DNA from: Ignicoccus pacificus DSM 13166
GTDB lineage: Archaea; Thermoproteota; Thermoprotei_A; Sulfolobales; Ignicoccaceae
DNA length: 32,000 bases
Assembly (NCBI GenBank): GCA_025340205.1
Contig: CP006868.1
Coordinates: 1,350,001 to 1,382,000 of the forward strand
Reading direction: 5' to 3'
Positions within the stretch are counted from its first letter, which is position 1. Every line of letters begins with the position of its first letter. The translations under genes were made by a program, and so were the position numbers. Below are positions 1 to 6,995 of the stretch, piece by piece. The notes under the pieces were generated by a model, which was not told the origin of the DNA, ran no database searches, and saw only the letters and a list, made by a program, of their open reading frames with translations.

Positions 1-68
1 AAGTATAGAAGTTTCGAGTGATCTTTTTCATTTTCATTTCCCTCTACCGTTCCTATATAGTTATTCAT
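1..68 (-). CDS. N-terminal fragment of an unidentified gene leaving the window
   Basis: ATG at 68..66 opens a frame (MNNYIGTVEGNENEKDHSKLLY) that is still open at position 1. A TTAATTAA TATA-like box at 91..98, about 25 nt upstream, fits a leaderless archaeal promoter. Only 22 codons are visible, so no family can be assigned. Confidence 0.25.
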   Translation of the reverse strand, partial: MNNYIGTVEGNENEKDHSKLLY

Positions 69-156
69 GAAAGACACGTTGGCACCGTTAATTAAGGATA
101 GACATGCTAAGCTCGGCAAAATGCTAGCTAAGGCTTTCCCTATAGTTTAATCTGTA

Positions 157-179
157 TTTTCACCACGATATAGTGAGAA
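157..179. promoter_or_regulatory. Imperfect inverted repeat TTTTCAC-N9-GTGAGAA upstream of the decayed ATPase gene; degenerate copy of the 5656..5681 palindrome
   Basis: Read directly: ttttcac (157..163) and gtgagaa (173..179), 4 nt before ATG 184. The half-site (TTCTCAC/GTGAGAA) and its position relative to the start codon match those in front of the intact paralogue at 5682. Confidence 0.45.
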
Positions 180-183
180 CGAT

Positions 184-990
184 ATGGAAGAGAGAGTGGG
201 TCTGACTGCGCGAAGGGGGAGTGGAAGCTGATCTGCAGGAGGAGAAAGGTAGGAAAGACGTTCATGTTAAAAGCACTTAAACATTGACTTCTTTGTAACG
301 ATAACTGAGGACCCTAGCGCCCTTGAATAATTGAACTGGATAAGGCAATGAACGAGGCTATTGAAAGGCTGAAGAAAGGGGAAGCTGTGGTCGTAGATGA
401 GTTCCAAAGGCTCTCTAGGAAATACTGGCAGCTCCTAGCCTCTCCCCACCCTGAGGGGGCCCTCTACTTGAGTGACTCCTCAATGAAGGTGATCAAGGAA
501 GCATTCGATAGAAGGAGTCCTCTCTTAGGGTTAGCGATGCCCTTAGAGGTACCCATAATTCGCTTCGCAGACGCTCTAGTAAGCTTGCAGGACTTGAAGG
601 ATCTGGAAGCTCTGGAGCGTCGATCTAAGGGATCCTTGGATAGTTCCTCACGTAAACCTTAACGGGAAGCCGGGGGAGATAGCCAAGAGGGGTCCCTTGC
701 TCCTCCAAGCCTCAGAGGGACTGATAGGAGAAGGAGCTGACAAAGCTCTACTCTTTCATATTGAGGTCTCTGAGCGTCATGTGGAGGGCAAAGGACATAG
801 GAGTGCTTGCGTTCGCTAAGGGCTCGTTAGCTCGATAACTTCTGTGACGAGTGCCTTGGAAACTCTCAGCAAGATGGAATTGGTTGCGAAGGAGAGGTAA
901 AGGGGTTGACTGGATGATAGATGATAAGGAACTATTGAAGGTGGCTCGAGAGGCTGTGAGGAAAACTCTGACAAATGCTGTAACGTAAAA
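184..990 (+). pseudogene. Decayed archaeal ATPase (Arch_ATPase/PF01637-like), paralogue of 5682..6995
   Basis: Walker A reads RRRKVGKTFMLKALKH in one frame (237..284) and runs into TGA at 285..287. The ORF 348..662 carries VVVDEFQ and RSPLLG, colinear with PIVIDEFQ and SSPLFG of the intact copy. Further colinear pieces (GPLLLQASEGL, LYSFILRSL, wHTH-like SVTSALETLSKMELVAKE) lie in other frames up to about 900. There are multiple stops and frameshifts, and the C-terminal DUF234-like part is missing. The right boundary is approximate. Confidence 0.7.
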
Positions 991-1178
991 CTCAAGCGGA
1001 GATCATGCTAAAGTTAAACTTCTCTTATAAGTTAATAATAATAATGAATTCGGCTAATGATAATGACAAAATATTATATCATGTAGTTGTTTGAATGAAT
1101 ATAATGGATAGTGGGCATCTCAAGAGGTAGAGTCGGCTTATCTTCACTCTATCAACCCCTCCTCCTTCTGAGATAACG

Positions 1179-2255
1179 GTGACCCCTTTGGTGAATTCCT
1201 TGAGAGGAGTCGCTTGCTACGATCAAGTGGGCTCAAAGGTTCCTTGCGCGTCCTTCGAGGCCTCGCTCGAGGAAGGGATAAACGTAATCCATTCCCCCAA
1301 CGGCTCTGGAAAGAGCACCTTCCTCACCTTGCTTCATCCCTTAGCTTACGCTTGGAGCGCTTTGGGAAGCTATGCAGAGCCCTTGCTAAGGCTCAGCTTC
1401 GTGAGCTACCTTTCCCTAAAATGGCCGCTACCGGCGGTAGGCTACGTGGAACTGGACGAGGGAAGGCTCCTCTGGTATAGGAAAGAATCCCTTGCCGAGT
1501 CCCTTTCCTCCACCTTCGGCTTTGAGGACTTGCTCGAACAAGCGAAGGGTTGTCAAGGAGCGCTGGAGCTGGAGGGAGGGGACTACAGCTTCAGCGGCCT
1601 CCCCAACACGGAGTTCCGATTCGCTTACTTGGGAATGGGAAGGGCTTGCGGAACGGCCTCCCACGAGAAGTTGGTCCTATCCTCCGACATAACGCTCACA
1701 GAGAAGTACTCCGCTTACCACTCACCTCATCTAGCCCTCGTCCTAAACCTCCTCAAGGCCACCTTCATAGAGCTCGTGAGGTACAAGGCATATACAGATG
1801 AAGCGTTAGAGGAATTGAAGGTCGTGATACCTAACTTGGTAGACGTGAGGTTAAGCGAGGGGATCTACAAGGTTGCCTTCGTGGTAAAGGAAGGAGGAGA
1901 GGAGGTGGAGCTGGAGCCTTGGAGCCTTGGAGACGGCCAAAGGTCCTTGCTCGCCCTAAAAGCCTTGAGGAGCATGTTCGGCGATAAGAGAGGCCTATTC
2001 GTATCCGATACCCCAGAGACGTTCCTCTATTCCGGAGAGGACGGAGATCAGTTGAAGGAAGCGGTAAAGACCATCGCTTCGTTCAGCGATTCGCATCAAG
2101 TGGTAGTTGCTACCTCGAAGCCCGAGGTCAGGGGAATGCTGGTAAACGAGTATCAAGCTGTTCCCTATAAGATAATCAAGGAGGGAAGTGAAGTCAGGGA
2201 AAGGGAGGGTGTTAAGATAGTAATATCAAAGAACAAACTAGTTACTATTCAGTAG
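1179..2255 (+). CDS. ABC/SMC-superfamily (AAA_21/RecF-like) ATPase with non-canonical catalytic residues
   Basis: 358-codon ORF with a GTG start. Walker A is SPNGSGKST (res 39-47). The signature-like block is SLGDGQRSLLAL (res 249-260). The Walker B-like block is GLFVSD-TPE (res 272-280). VVVATSKP stands where this family usually has THSP. There is no coiled-coil insert and no TM segment. Confidence 0.75.
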   Translation: MTPLVNSLRGVACYDQVGSKVPCASFEASLEEGINVIHSPNGSGKSTFLTLLHPLAYAWSALGSYAEPLLRLSFVSYLSLKWPLPAVGYVELDEGRLLWYRKESLAESLSSTFGFEDLLEQAKGCQGALELEGGDYSFSGLPNTEFRFAYLGMGRACGTASHEKLVLSSDITLTEKYSAYHSPHLALVLNLLKATFIELVRYKAYTDEALEELKVVIPNLVDVRLSEGIYKVAFVVKEGGEEVELEPWSLGDGQRSLLALKALRSMFGDKRGLFVSDTPETFLYSGEDGDQLKEAVKTIASFSDSHQVVVATSKPEVRGMLVNEYQAVPYKIIKEGSEVREREGVKIVISKNKLVTIQ

Positions 2256-2281
2256 AAGAGGGGGTAATAATACTTTTGTAG

Positions 2282-2288
2282 TTTAAAA
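2282..2288 (+). promoter_or_regulatory. TATA box (TTTAAAA) for the zinc-finger gene
   Basis: TTTAAAA lies about 40 nt upstream of GTG 2325, with GGTGGAG (2314..2320) as a possible Shine-Dalgarno in between. Confidence 0.4.
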
Positions 2289-2324
2289 GTTTTACTCCGT
2301 CTACTAACTAAGCGGTGGAGACGC

Positions 2325-2600
2325 GTGGACAAGCTAGTAGAGTACACGATAAGGTTAGCAACCGGTATGAGGCTAAGGGAGGAGCTCCTCTCCATAGCCG
2401 AGGACACCGCTAAGAGGAAGGCAGCTGAAAGGGTGGCGAAGCTTCTAGTTACTGAGAAGAGGGGTCTTAAGTACTGTTCCGTGTGCGCGAAGGGTCCGTT
2501 TACCAAGAGGGGACTGTACTTGCACTTCATGAGGGTTCACAAGGAGGACGTTAGATTACTGCTGGAAAAAGAGCTGGAGCAAGTGGTCGTCACCCACTAG
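2325..2600 (+). CDS. Small C2H2 zinc-finger protein (91 aa) with N-terminal helical region
   Basis: The motif is C51-x2-C54-x12-H67-x4-H72 (YCSVCAKGPFTKRGLYLHFMRVH), with the usual Phe/Leu core positions. It has a GTG start and its own TATA box. It lies 69 nt downstream of the ATPase gene. Confidence 0.65.
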   Translation: MDKLVEYTIRLATGMRLREELLSIAEDTAKRKAAERVAKLLVTEKRGLKYCSVCAKGPFTKRGLYLHFMRVHKEDVRLLLEKELEQVVVTH

Positions 2601-2880
2601 ACCCCACGTTTATGACTATGACCTTGCCCTCCTGTCCTTTCTCGGTTCCTTGAGGGATCACCACTTTTGTGGTGGCCTGCTGGGCGCTGAGCATTGTCTC
2701 GCACGTGCTCACCTTGGGGAAGACGTAGAGCCAAGCTAATGGGAAGAAGATCAGCATTAGGATAAAGGCCACTACCGCCGCCTCTCCCTTGTTCGGCACG
2801 CACTTGTCCGGCAGAGCGAAGATGGCCAGAGGGGGAAGCAAGAAGGCCAGTATCCACGCTACCAGTAACACCGCTCTCAC
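2590..2880 (-). CDS. Small two-TM membrane protein, Pmp3/YqaE (UPF0057)-like N-terminal half plus about 40-aa tail
   Basis: ILAFLLPPLAIF ... FILMLIFFPLAWLYVF resembles the LPPLAVF / ILTxLxxxPGxxxALYV pattern of Pmp3 proteolipids. It has a GTG start and an 11-nt tail-to-tail overlap with the zinc-finger gene. Confidence 0.5.
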   Translation of the reverse strand: MRAVLLVAWILAFLLPPLAIFALPDKCVPNKGEAAVVAFILMLIFFPLAWLYVFPKVSTCETMLSAQQATTKVVIPQGTEKGQEGKVIVINVGSSG

Positions 2881-2965
2881 CGAGGAGGGGCGAGGAACCT
2901 TACTTTTCTCTCCTCCCTTTACATGCTATGGAAAGCGATGAGGGGAGTGCGCCCCGTCTGAGGAG

Positions 2966-3469
2966 ATGATGAGTTGTTCGCATCCCGAGCACTTCATTAC
3001 TTCCCCTCGGACGAAGGTTCGGGGTAAAGAGATGTTAGCGGGGAAGATCTTGGCATGTAAAGCCTCCCCCGAGGAGGTGAAGGAGCTCTTCGCCAAGTAC
3101 TTGGGATTCGTGGATTACTTGGAGGGAGGGGGCGTTAAGGCGATTCAAGCCTTGGACGAGAACCAGCTAGCTGAGGTTAGGTGTACTGAGAAGGTCACTG
3201 AGATTTACCTAACCACGAGCGTTCCAGAAGGCTTATGGGAGGAGCTCTTCGGGGAGGGAGGAAAGGAGCTGAAGAGGTGCTTGGGCGAGAGGGGATACGT
3301 GAACGTCGCTAGAAGTCACGTCTCCCCCAAGCTCTTCGTAACAGCAGAGGGAACCAAGGGGAGGTTCGAGGCCTTAGTCACCCCAGAAGGAGTCAAGGCG
3401 AAGGGGACTTGTCCCTTCAAGGGAGTGACTCGGATAGCGATAGATGCTGGAATAAACGTCAAGGTCTAA
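2966..3469 (+). CDS. Hypothetical protein with no recognisable motif
   Basis: Long ORF with protein-like composition. A more plausible start is ATG 3032 (MLAGKILACK..., 145 aa), because the first 22 codons are S/P/R-rich. It converges on csx1 with a 4-nt overlap. Confidence 0.5.
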   Translation: MMSCSHPEHFITSPRTKVRGKEMLAGKILACKASPEEVKELFAKYLGFVDYLEGGGVKAIQALDENQLAEVRCTEKVTEIYLTTSVPEGLWEELFGEGGKELKRCLGERGYVNVARSHVSPKLFVTAEGTKGRFEALVTPEGVKAKGTCPFKGVTRIAIDAGINVKV

Positions 3470-4977
3470 TGTTTGAGAGCCTTCAGCAAGGGCTCTTCGA
3501 TCTTCTCCAACATAGGTATGTAGTAGCCTATCCTCTCCCCGTCCAAGGTTATTACGGTGGCGTTCATCTCCATTCCAGCATGAGCGATGAAGTTTCTGGC
3601 ATCGGCCTCTTCTGCCTCCTTAGCGTAGTGGTAGGCCCACCAGAGGACGCTGTCTTGAAGCTCCTTCTTAGCGTGCTTCAGCAATGAGTAGGGGATTGCC
3701 TTTTGCGTTAACTTCAGGAGCTCCTCGAGGCCTTCCCTCACTTTCTCCGCTTCCACCTTGTTCAGCTTCCTCCTCAAATCCTCTTCGATGCTCTCGCACC
3801 CGGAAGGATATCCCTTCGCTATCTCCGCTATCCTCTCCCTCAGGTTGTCCAAGTTTATCTTCTTCAACTCCTTTAAAGACTCTGTAAGCTTGCTATTCTC
3901 CTCATTCCACAACTTCTCATCTACTCCGCGCAAGTAACCCTCCAGCTCCTCCAAGCTTTCTCTATTAACCAAATACAAATTCCCTTCTATTTCTCCCCTT
4001 TCCTTAACGATATCTAAGAACGTTCTCATGGCAATTAAATTGATTATTCCCTTTTCATCAAATACCACGTCTTGCCTTACCCTCTCTCCCTCTACCTCAT
4101 AATGCTCTAGCGCGTTGCTCGCAACCATCAGAAGGTCCCCCACCGCTTCTTCGAATTTCTCCTTGTTTCTGATTACTTTATCCATAACATATGCCCAGTA
4201 GAGGGGACTCGGTACCTCTAGCTTTACCATCTCGTTCGCCAGTTCGCTCAAGGTGCCCCTGTTCTGCAAGTAGGCCTCACACTTACCCTTGTCTATATTA
4301 TTCAAATCCTTCACGAACTCGCTAAGTTCTTGAAGGTTCGGTTCTATTTCCTTCACTTGGAACACGTGGTACCTCAGCTCGACATCTCGCAGCTCCTCCC
4401 CGCTCCCCACTATGGGGTCGCTCGCTCCAATAGCATACTTTATCTTCTTCCTCATGTCTATCGAAATTAGCTTTAAGATGTAGTTATCCAGCGCTTCTCT
4501 TATAGTAACTGGATAGTAGTTGACTCCGTGAGTTATGTCGAGGAGTATCGTTTCTTCGTTCGCCTCTCTCAGCTTTTCGTAGAGCTTCAGTATTATTCCA
4601 GAATACACGTTGCTGAAGGGTACGTCGAATTCCTTTAACACCTCGTTGCTCTTATACACGCCCGTGCTCGGAACGACTACCTTGTCCGCCTCCTCGAATA
4701 TCTTCAAGAATTCCTCATCCTTACTCTTCACTATTTCCCTCATCTTATCCAGAGCGAGGTCGTTTACGTTTCCCTTCCCGTCCGCTATGGAGGCGGGAAC
4801 CACTACCAGCTTCCTCCAGCTTTCGAAGAGGGAAAGGGGCGTGTAGGAATAAGCTTCCACCTTTAAGTTCTCCAATATTTCCTTAACCTTCTTAGGATCC
4901 TTCTCACTTACCTCATCCCTCACGTACTTTACCTTTTTCCAGAACCTAGGGTTGCCCCAAGGGGATATTACCAGCAT
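3466..4977 (-). CDS. csx1: Csx1-family CRISPR-associated CARF/DxTHG/HEPN ribonuclease (stand-alone)
   Basis: The N-terminus MLVISPWGNPRFWKKVKY is the typical Csx1 start. The DxTHG motif is LLDITHGVNY (DITHG at 4525..4539). The C-terminal HEPN motif R-x4-H is ARNFIAHAG (3580..3597). I start the gene at ATG 4977. The 59-codon upstream extension of the ORF-track entry overlaps the divergent methyltransferase gene and looks non-coding. Confidence 0.85.
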   Translation of the reverse strand: MLVISPWGNPRFWKKVKYVRDEVSEKDPKKVKEILENLKVEAYSYTPLSLFESWRKLVVVPASIADGKGNVNDLALDKMREIVKSKDEEFLKIFEEADKVVVPSTGVYKSNEVLKEFDVPFSNVYSGIILKLYEKLREANEETILLDITHGVNYYPVTIREALDNYILKLISIDMRKKIKYAIGASDPIVGSGEELRDVELRYHVFQVKEIEPNLQELSEFVKDLNNIDKGKCEAYLQNRGTLSELANEMVKLEVPSPLYWAYVMDKVIRNKEKFEEAVGDLLMVASNALEHYEVEGERVRQDVVFDEKGIINLIAMRTFLDIVKERGEIEGNLYLVNRESLEELEGYLRGVDEKLWNEENSKLTESLKELKKINLDNLRERIAEIAKGYPSGCESIEEDLRRKLNKVEAEKVREGLEELLKLTQKAIPYSLLKHAKKELQDSVLWWAYHYAKEAEEADARNFIAHAGMEMNATVITLDGERIGYYIPMLEKIEEPLLKALKH

Positions 4978-5051
4978 CCCGGGATCTCTCCAAATAGCTA
5001 GGGGAGCTCCCAGACTAAATCTATGAGAGTAAGTGTAGAGGCGGTGAGCGG

Positions 5052-5633
5052 ATGCATTATTACAAAAAGGGAAAGGGAGGAAGGCCGAGGGACATATACG
5101 TAACGATAAGGGGCGTCGACCTAGTCCTCCAAGTGCCTCCGGGATTGTTCTCAAGTAAGGGATTAGATAAGGGTACGGAGCTCCTCTTGGAGTTCATGGA
5201 GGTTCCTGAGGAGGGTAAGGTTTTAGACGTGGGGTGCGGCTACGGAGTCGTAGGACTCTTCATGAAGAAATACAACCCAAAGCTAGAGGTTTACATGGTT
5301 GATGTAAATCCTCAAGCGGTTAAGATAAGCAAGCTGAACGCCCAAAGGAACTCCTTGGAGGTCAACGTGATCCAAGGAGATACCTACGAACCCTTGGATC
5401 GATTGGGGGTAAAGGACTTCACCACCATAGTCAGCAACCCTCCCCTAGCGGCTGGAAAGGAGACCGTGGAGAGGATCATTCGAGGCGCTCCGGAGAGGCT
5501 CAGGAAAGGGGGCTCCCTCCAAGTGGTTCTGGCTAAGGGAGGGGAATGGGGGGAAGCTCTCTTCAAAGAATTGTTCAAGGACGTTGAGAGGAAGAGGAAG
5601 AAGGGTTACACTCTGCTTAGAGGATGGATCTAG
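5052..5633 (+). CDS. Class I SAM-dependent methyltransferase, small-domain RsmC/MJ0882-like
   Basis: Motif I is VLDVGCGYGVVG and motif IV is IVSNPPL. The N-terminal FSSKGLDKGTELLL is typical of the PF05175 family. Size is 193 aa. Confidence 0.8.
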   Translation: MHYYKKGKGGRPRDIYVTIRGVDLVLQVPPGLFSSKGLDKGTELLLEFMEVPEEGKVLDVGCGYGVVGLFMKKYNPKLEVYMVDVNPQAVKISKLNAQRNSLEVNVIQGDTYEPLDRLGVKDFTTIVSNPPLAAGKETVERIIRGAPERLRKGGSLQVVLAKGGEWGEALFKELFKDVERKRKKGYTLLRGWI

Positions 5634-5655
5634 CATACCGAATTACTCATAATCC

Positions 5656-5681
5656 ATTTCTCACAACTAGTTGTGAGAAAT
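5656..5681. promoter_or_regulatory. Perfect 26-nt palindrome ATTTCTCACAACTAGTTGTGAGAAAT abutting the ATPase start codon (candidate operator)
   Basis: Checked base by base: the 13-nt left arm is the exact reverse complement of the 13-nt right arm. It ends 1 nt before ATG 5682. A weak TATA-like CATAAT lies at 5647..5652. No T-run follows, so it does not look like a terminator. Confidence 0.6.
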
Positions 5682-6995
5682 ATGTTAAGAGTTCCGTTCA
5701 TTGATAGGAAAAGGGAATTGAAAGCACTGGAAGGACTCAAGGGTCTGGGAATAGTTTACGGGAGGAGGAGGGTTGGGAAGACTAGGCTATTGCTAGAGTG
5801 GCTCAGGGGGAAGAAGGGAGTCTTCTGGGAGGCCTTCGTGGGCTCTTGGGAGGAGCTTTCCAAGTCCTTCGCCAAGACCGTCAAGAGGGAGTTAGAGATA
5901 AGCGTAGCCCACGACTTGCTAGAAGCCTTGGAGGAGCTCGAGGAGGTGGGAGTTCCAATAGTCATAGATGAGTTTCAGTACGTAGTCCAAGCCGATCCCT
6001 CTGTCACCAGCAAGCTCAAGCTGCTGATAGATAGAGGGATGGAGTACCCTTTAGTTTTGAGCGGCTCCGCTGTCTCCTTCATCGAAAGGGAGCTCCTAGG
6101 TCATTCAAGCCCCCTCTTCGGGAGAAGGTCTCTTCAGCTCAAGATTAAGCCATTACCCTTCTACTACGCGAAGGAATTTTGGGACATGGACTGGGAGGAA
6201 AGCCTCAAGGCGTACGCGATGATAGGCGGGACTCCCGCCTACCTAGCTCAGACTTACTCCTCGAGGTCATTGAAAGATCTAATTTCCAAGGCCTTCTCCT
6301 ACGGTTCCCCTCTACTAGAAGAAGGAGACTTGATATTTCACGAGGAGAGCTTCAGGAGGCCGGAGGTCTACAAGAGGATATTGAGGGCGCTAGCCACCGG
6401 CTACAAGAGCCCTAGCAAGCTAGCGAGCAAGTGCTCCTTGGACGCTAGATCCATCTATTACTACTTAGAGATGTTAGAGGAGCTTGACATAATTAGGTAC
6501 GTATTGCCCTTGGGAAGAAGAAAGGGAGGCATCGTTGAATTCGTAGATGAGTACTTCCGCTTCTACTACTCGACGTTAGTTGAGTTGAAGGGAGCGATAG
6601 AGGCTGGGATAAACGTAATTGATGATATTGAGAAAAGGGTGGAAGAGCTGATCTCGGAGACCTTCGAGAGGGTTACCGAACAGTCCCTTCCCTTGCTATA
6701 TCAGTTGGGACTGATCAAGACCAAGCCTCTCAAAGTGGGAAAGTGGTGGCATAAGGGAGAGGAGATAGACCTGGTCGTCCAGGATGACGTCTCGACGACC
6801 TTCATAGAGGTGAAGTGGTCGGAGCTGGATGAAGAGGATGAGAGGAGAATTCTGGAGGAGCTAAAGGAGAAGGCGAGGAAGAGCGGACTAATGAAGGACA
6901 GCAATTACTTCGTGATAGTATGCAAAAGGTGCAAGGGAGGTATAGAGCTTCTAAACGCTTTGAAGGTTGCAAAGGATAAGGGACTGGAGCTCTAG
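5682..6995 (+). CDS. Archaeal ATPase (Arch_ATPase/PF01637) with C-terminal DUF234-type wHTH and PD-(D/E)xK-like module
   Basis: Walker A is YGRRRVGKT and Walker B is PIVIDEFQ. The C-terminal block GEEIDLVV...TFIEVKWS resembles a restriction-endonuclease-like core. The ORF track starts at GTG 5673 inside the palindrome; ATG 5682 is preferred. Confidence 0.8.
   Translation: MLRVPFIDRKRELKALEGLKGLGIVYGRRRVGKTRLLLEWLRGKKGVFWEAFVGSWEELSKSFAKTVKRELEISVAHDLLEALEELEEVGVPIVIDEFQYVVQADPSVTSKLKLLIDRGMEYPLVLSGSAVSFIERELLGHSSPLFGRRSLQLKIKPLPFYYAKEFWDMDWEESLKAYAMIGGTPAYLAQTYSSRSLKDLISKAFSYGSPLLEEGDLIFHEESFRRPEVYKRILRALATGYKSPSKLASKCSLDARSIYYYLEMLEELDIIRYVLPLGRRKGGIVEFVDEYFRFYYSTLVELKGAIEAGINVIDDIEKRVEELISETFERVTEQSLPLLYQLGLIKTKPLKVGKWWHKGEEIDLVVQDDVSTTFIEVKWSELDEEDERRILEELKEKARKSGLMKDSNYFVIVCKRCKGGIELLNALKVAKDKGLEL

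Noticed and set aside
1214-1801. Nested ORFs within the ATPase gene (1214..1480, 1428..1664, 1492..1692, 1550..1801)
   Set aside because: They are alternative-frame or antisense ORFs with R/G/P/S-rich composition. The main frame carries the P-loop motifs.
2965-2972. GATGATGA, resembling a C-box of a C/D sRNA
   Set aside because: No CTGA D or D' box and no second C' box occur within 40-70 nt downstream. The sequence lies at the start of a protein-coding ORF.
3466-5154. Full 562-aa version of the csx1 ORF
   Set aside because: The first 59 codons (4978..5154) are S/P/R/L-rich and overlap the divergent methyltransferase gene (start 5052). The conserved Csx1 N-terminus begins exactly at Met60 (ATG 4977).
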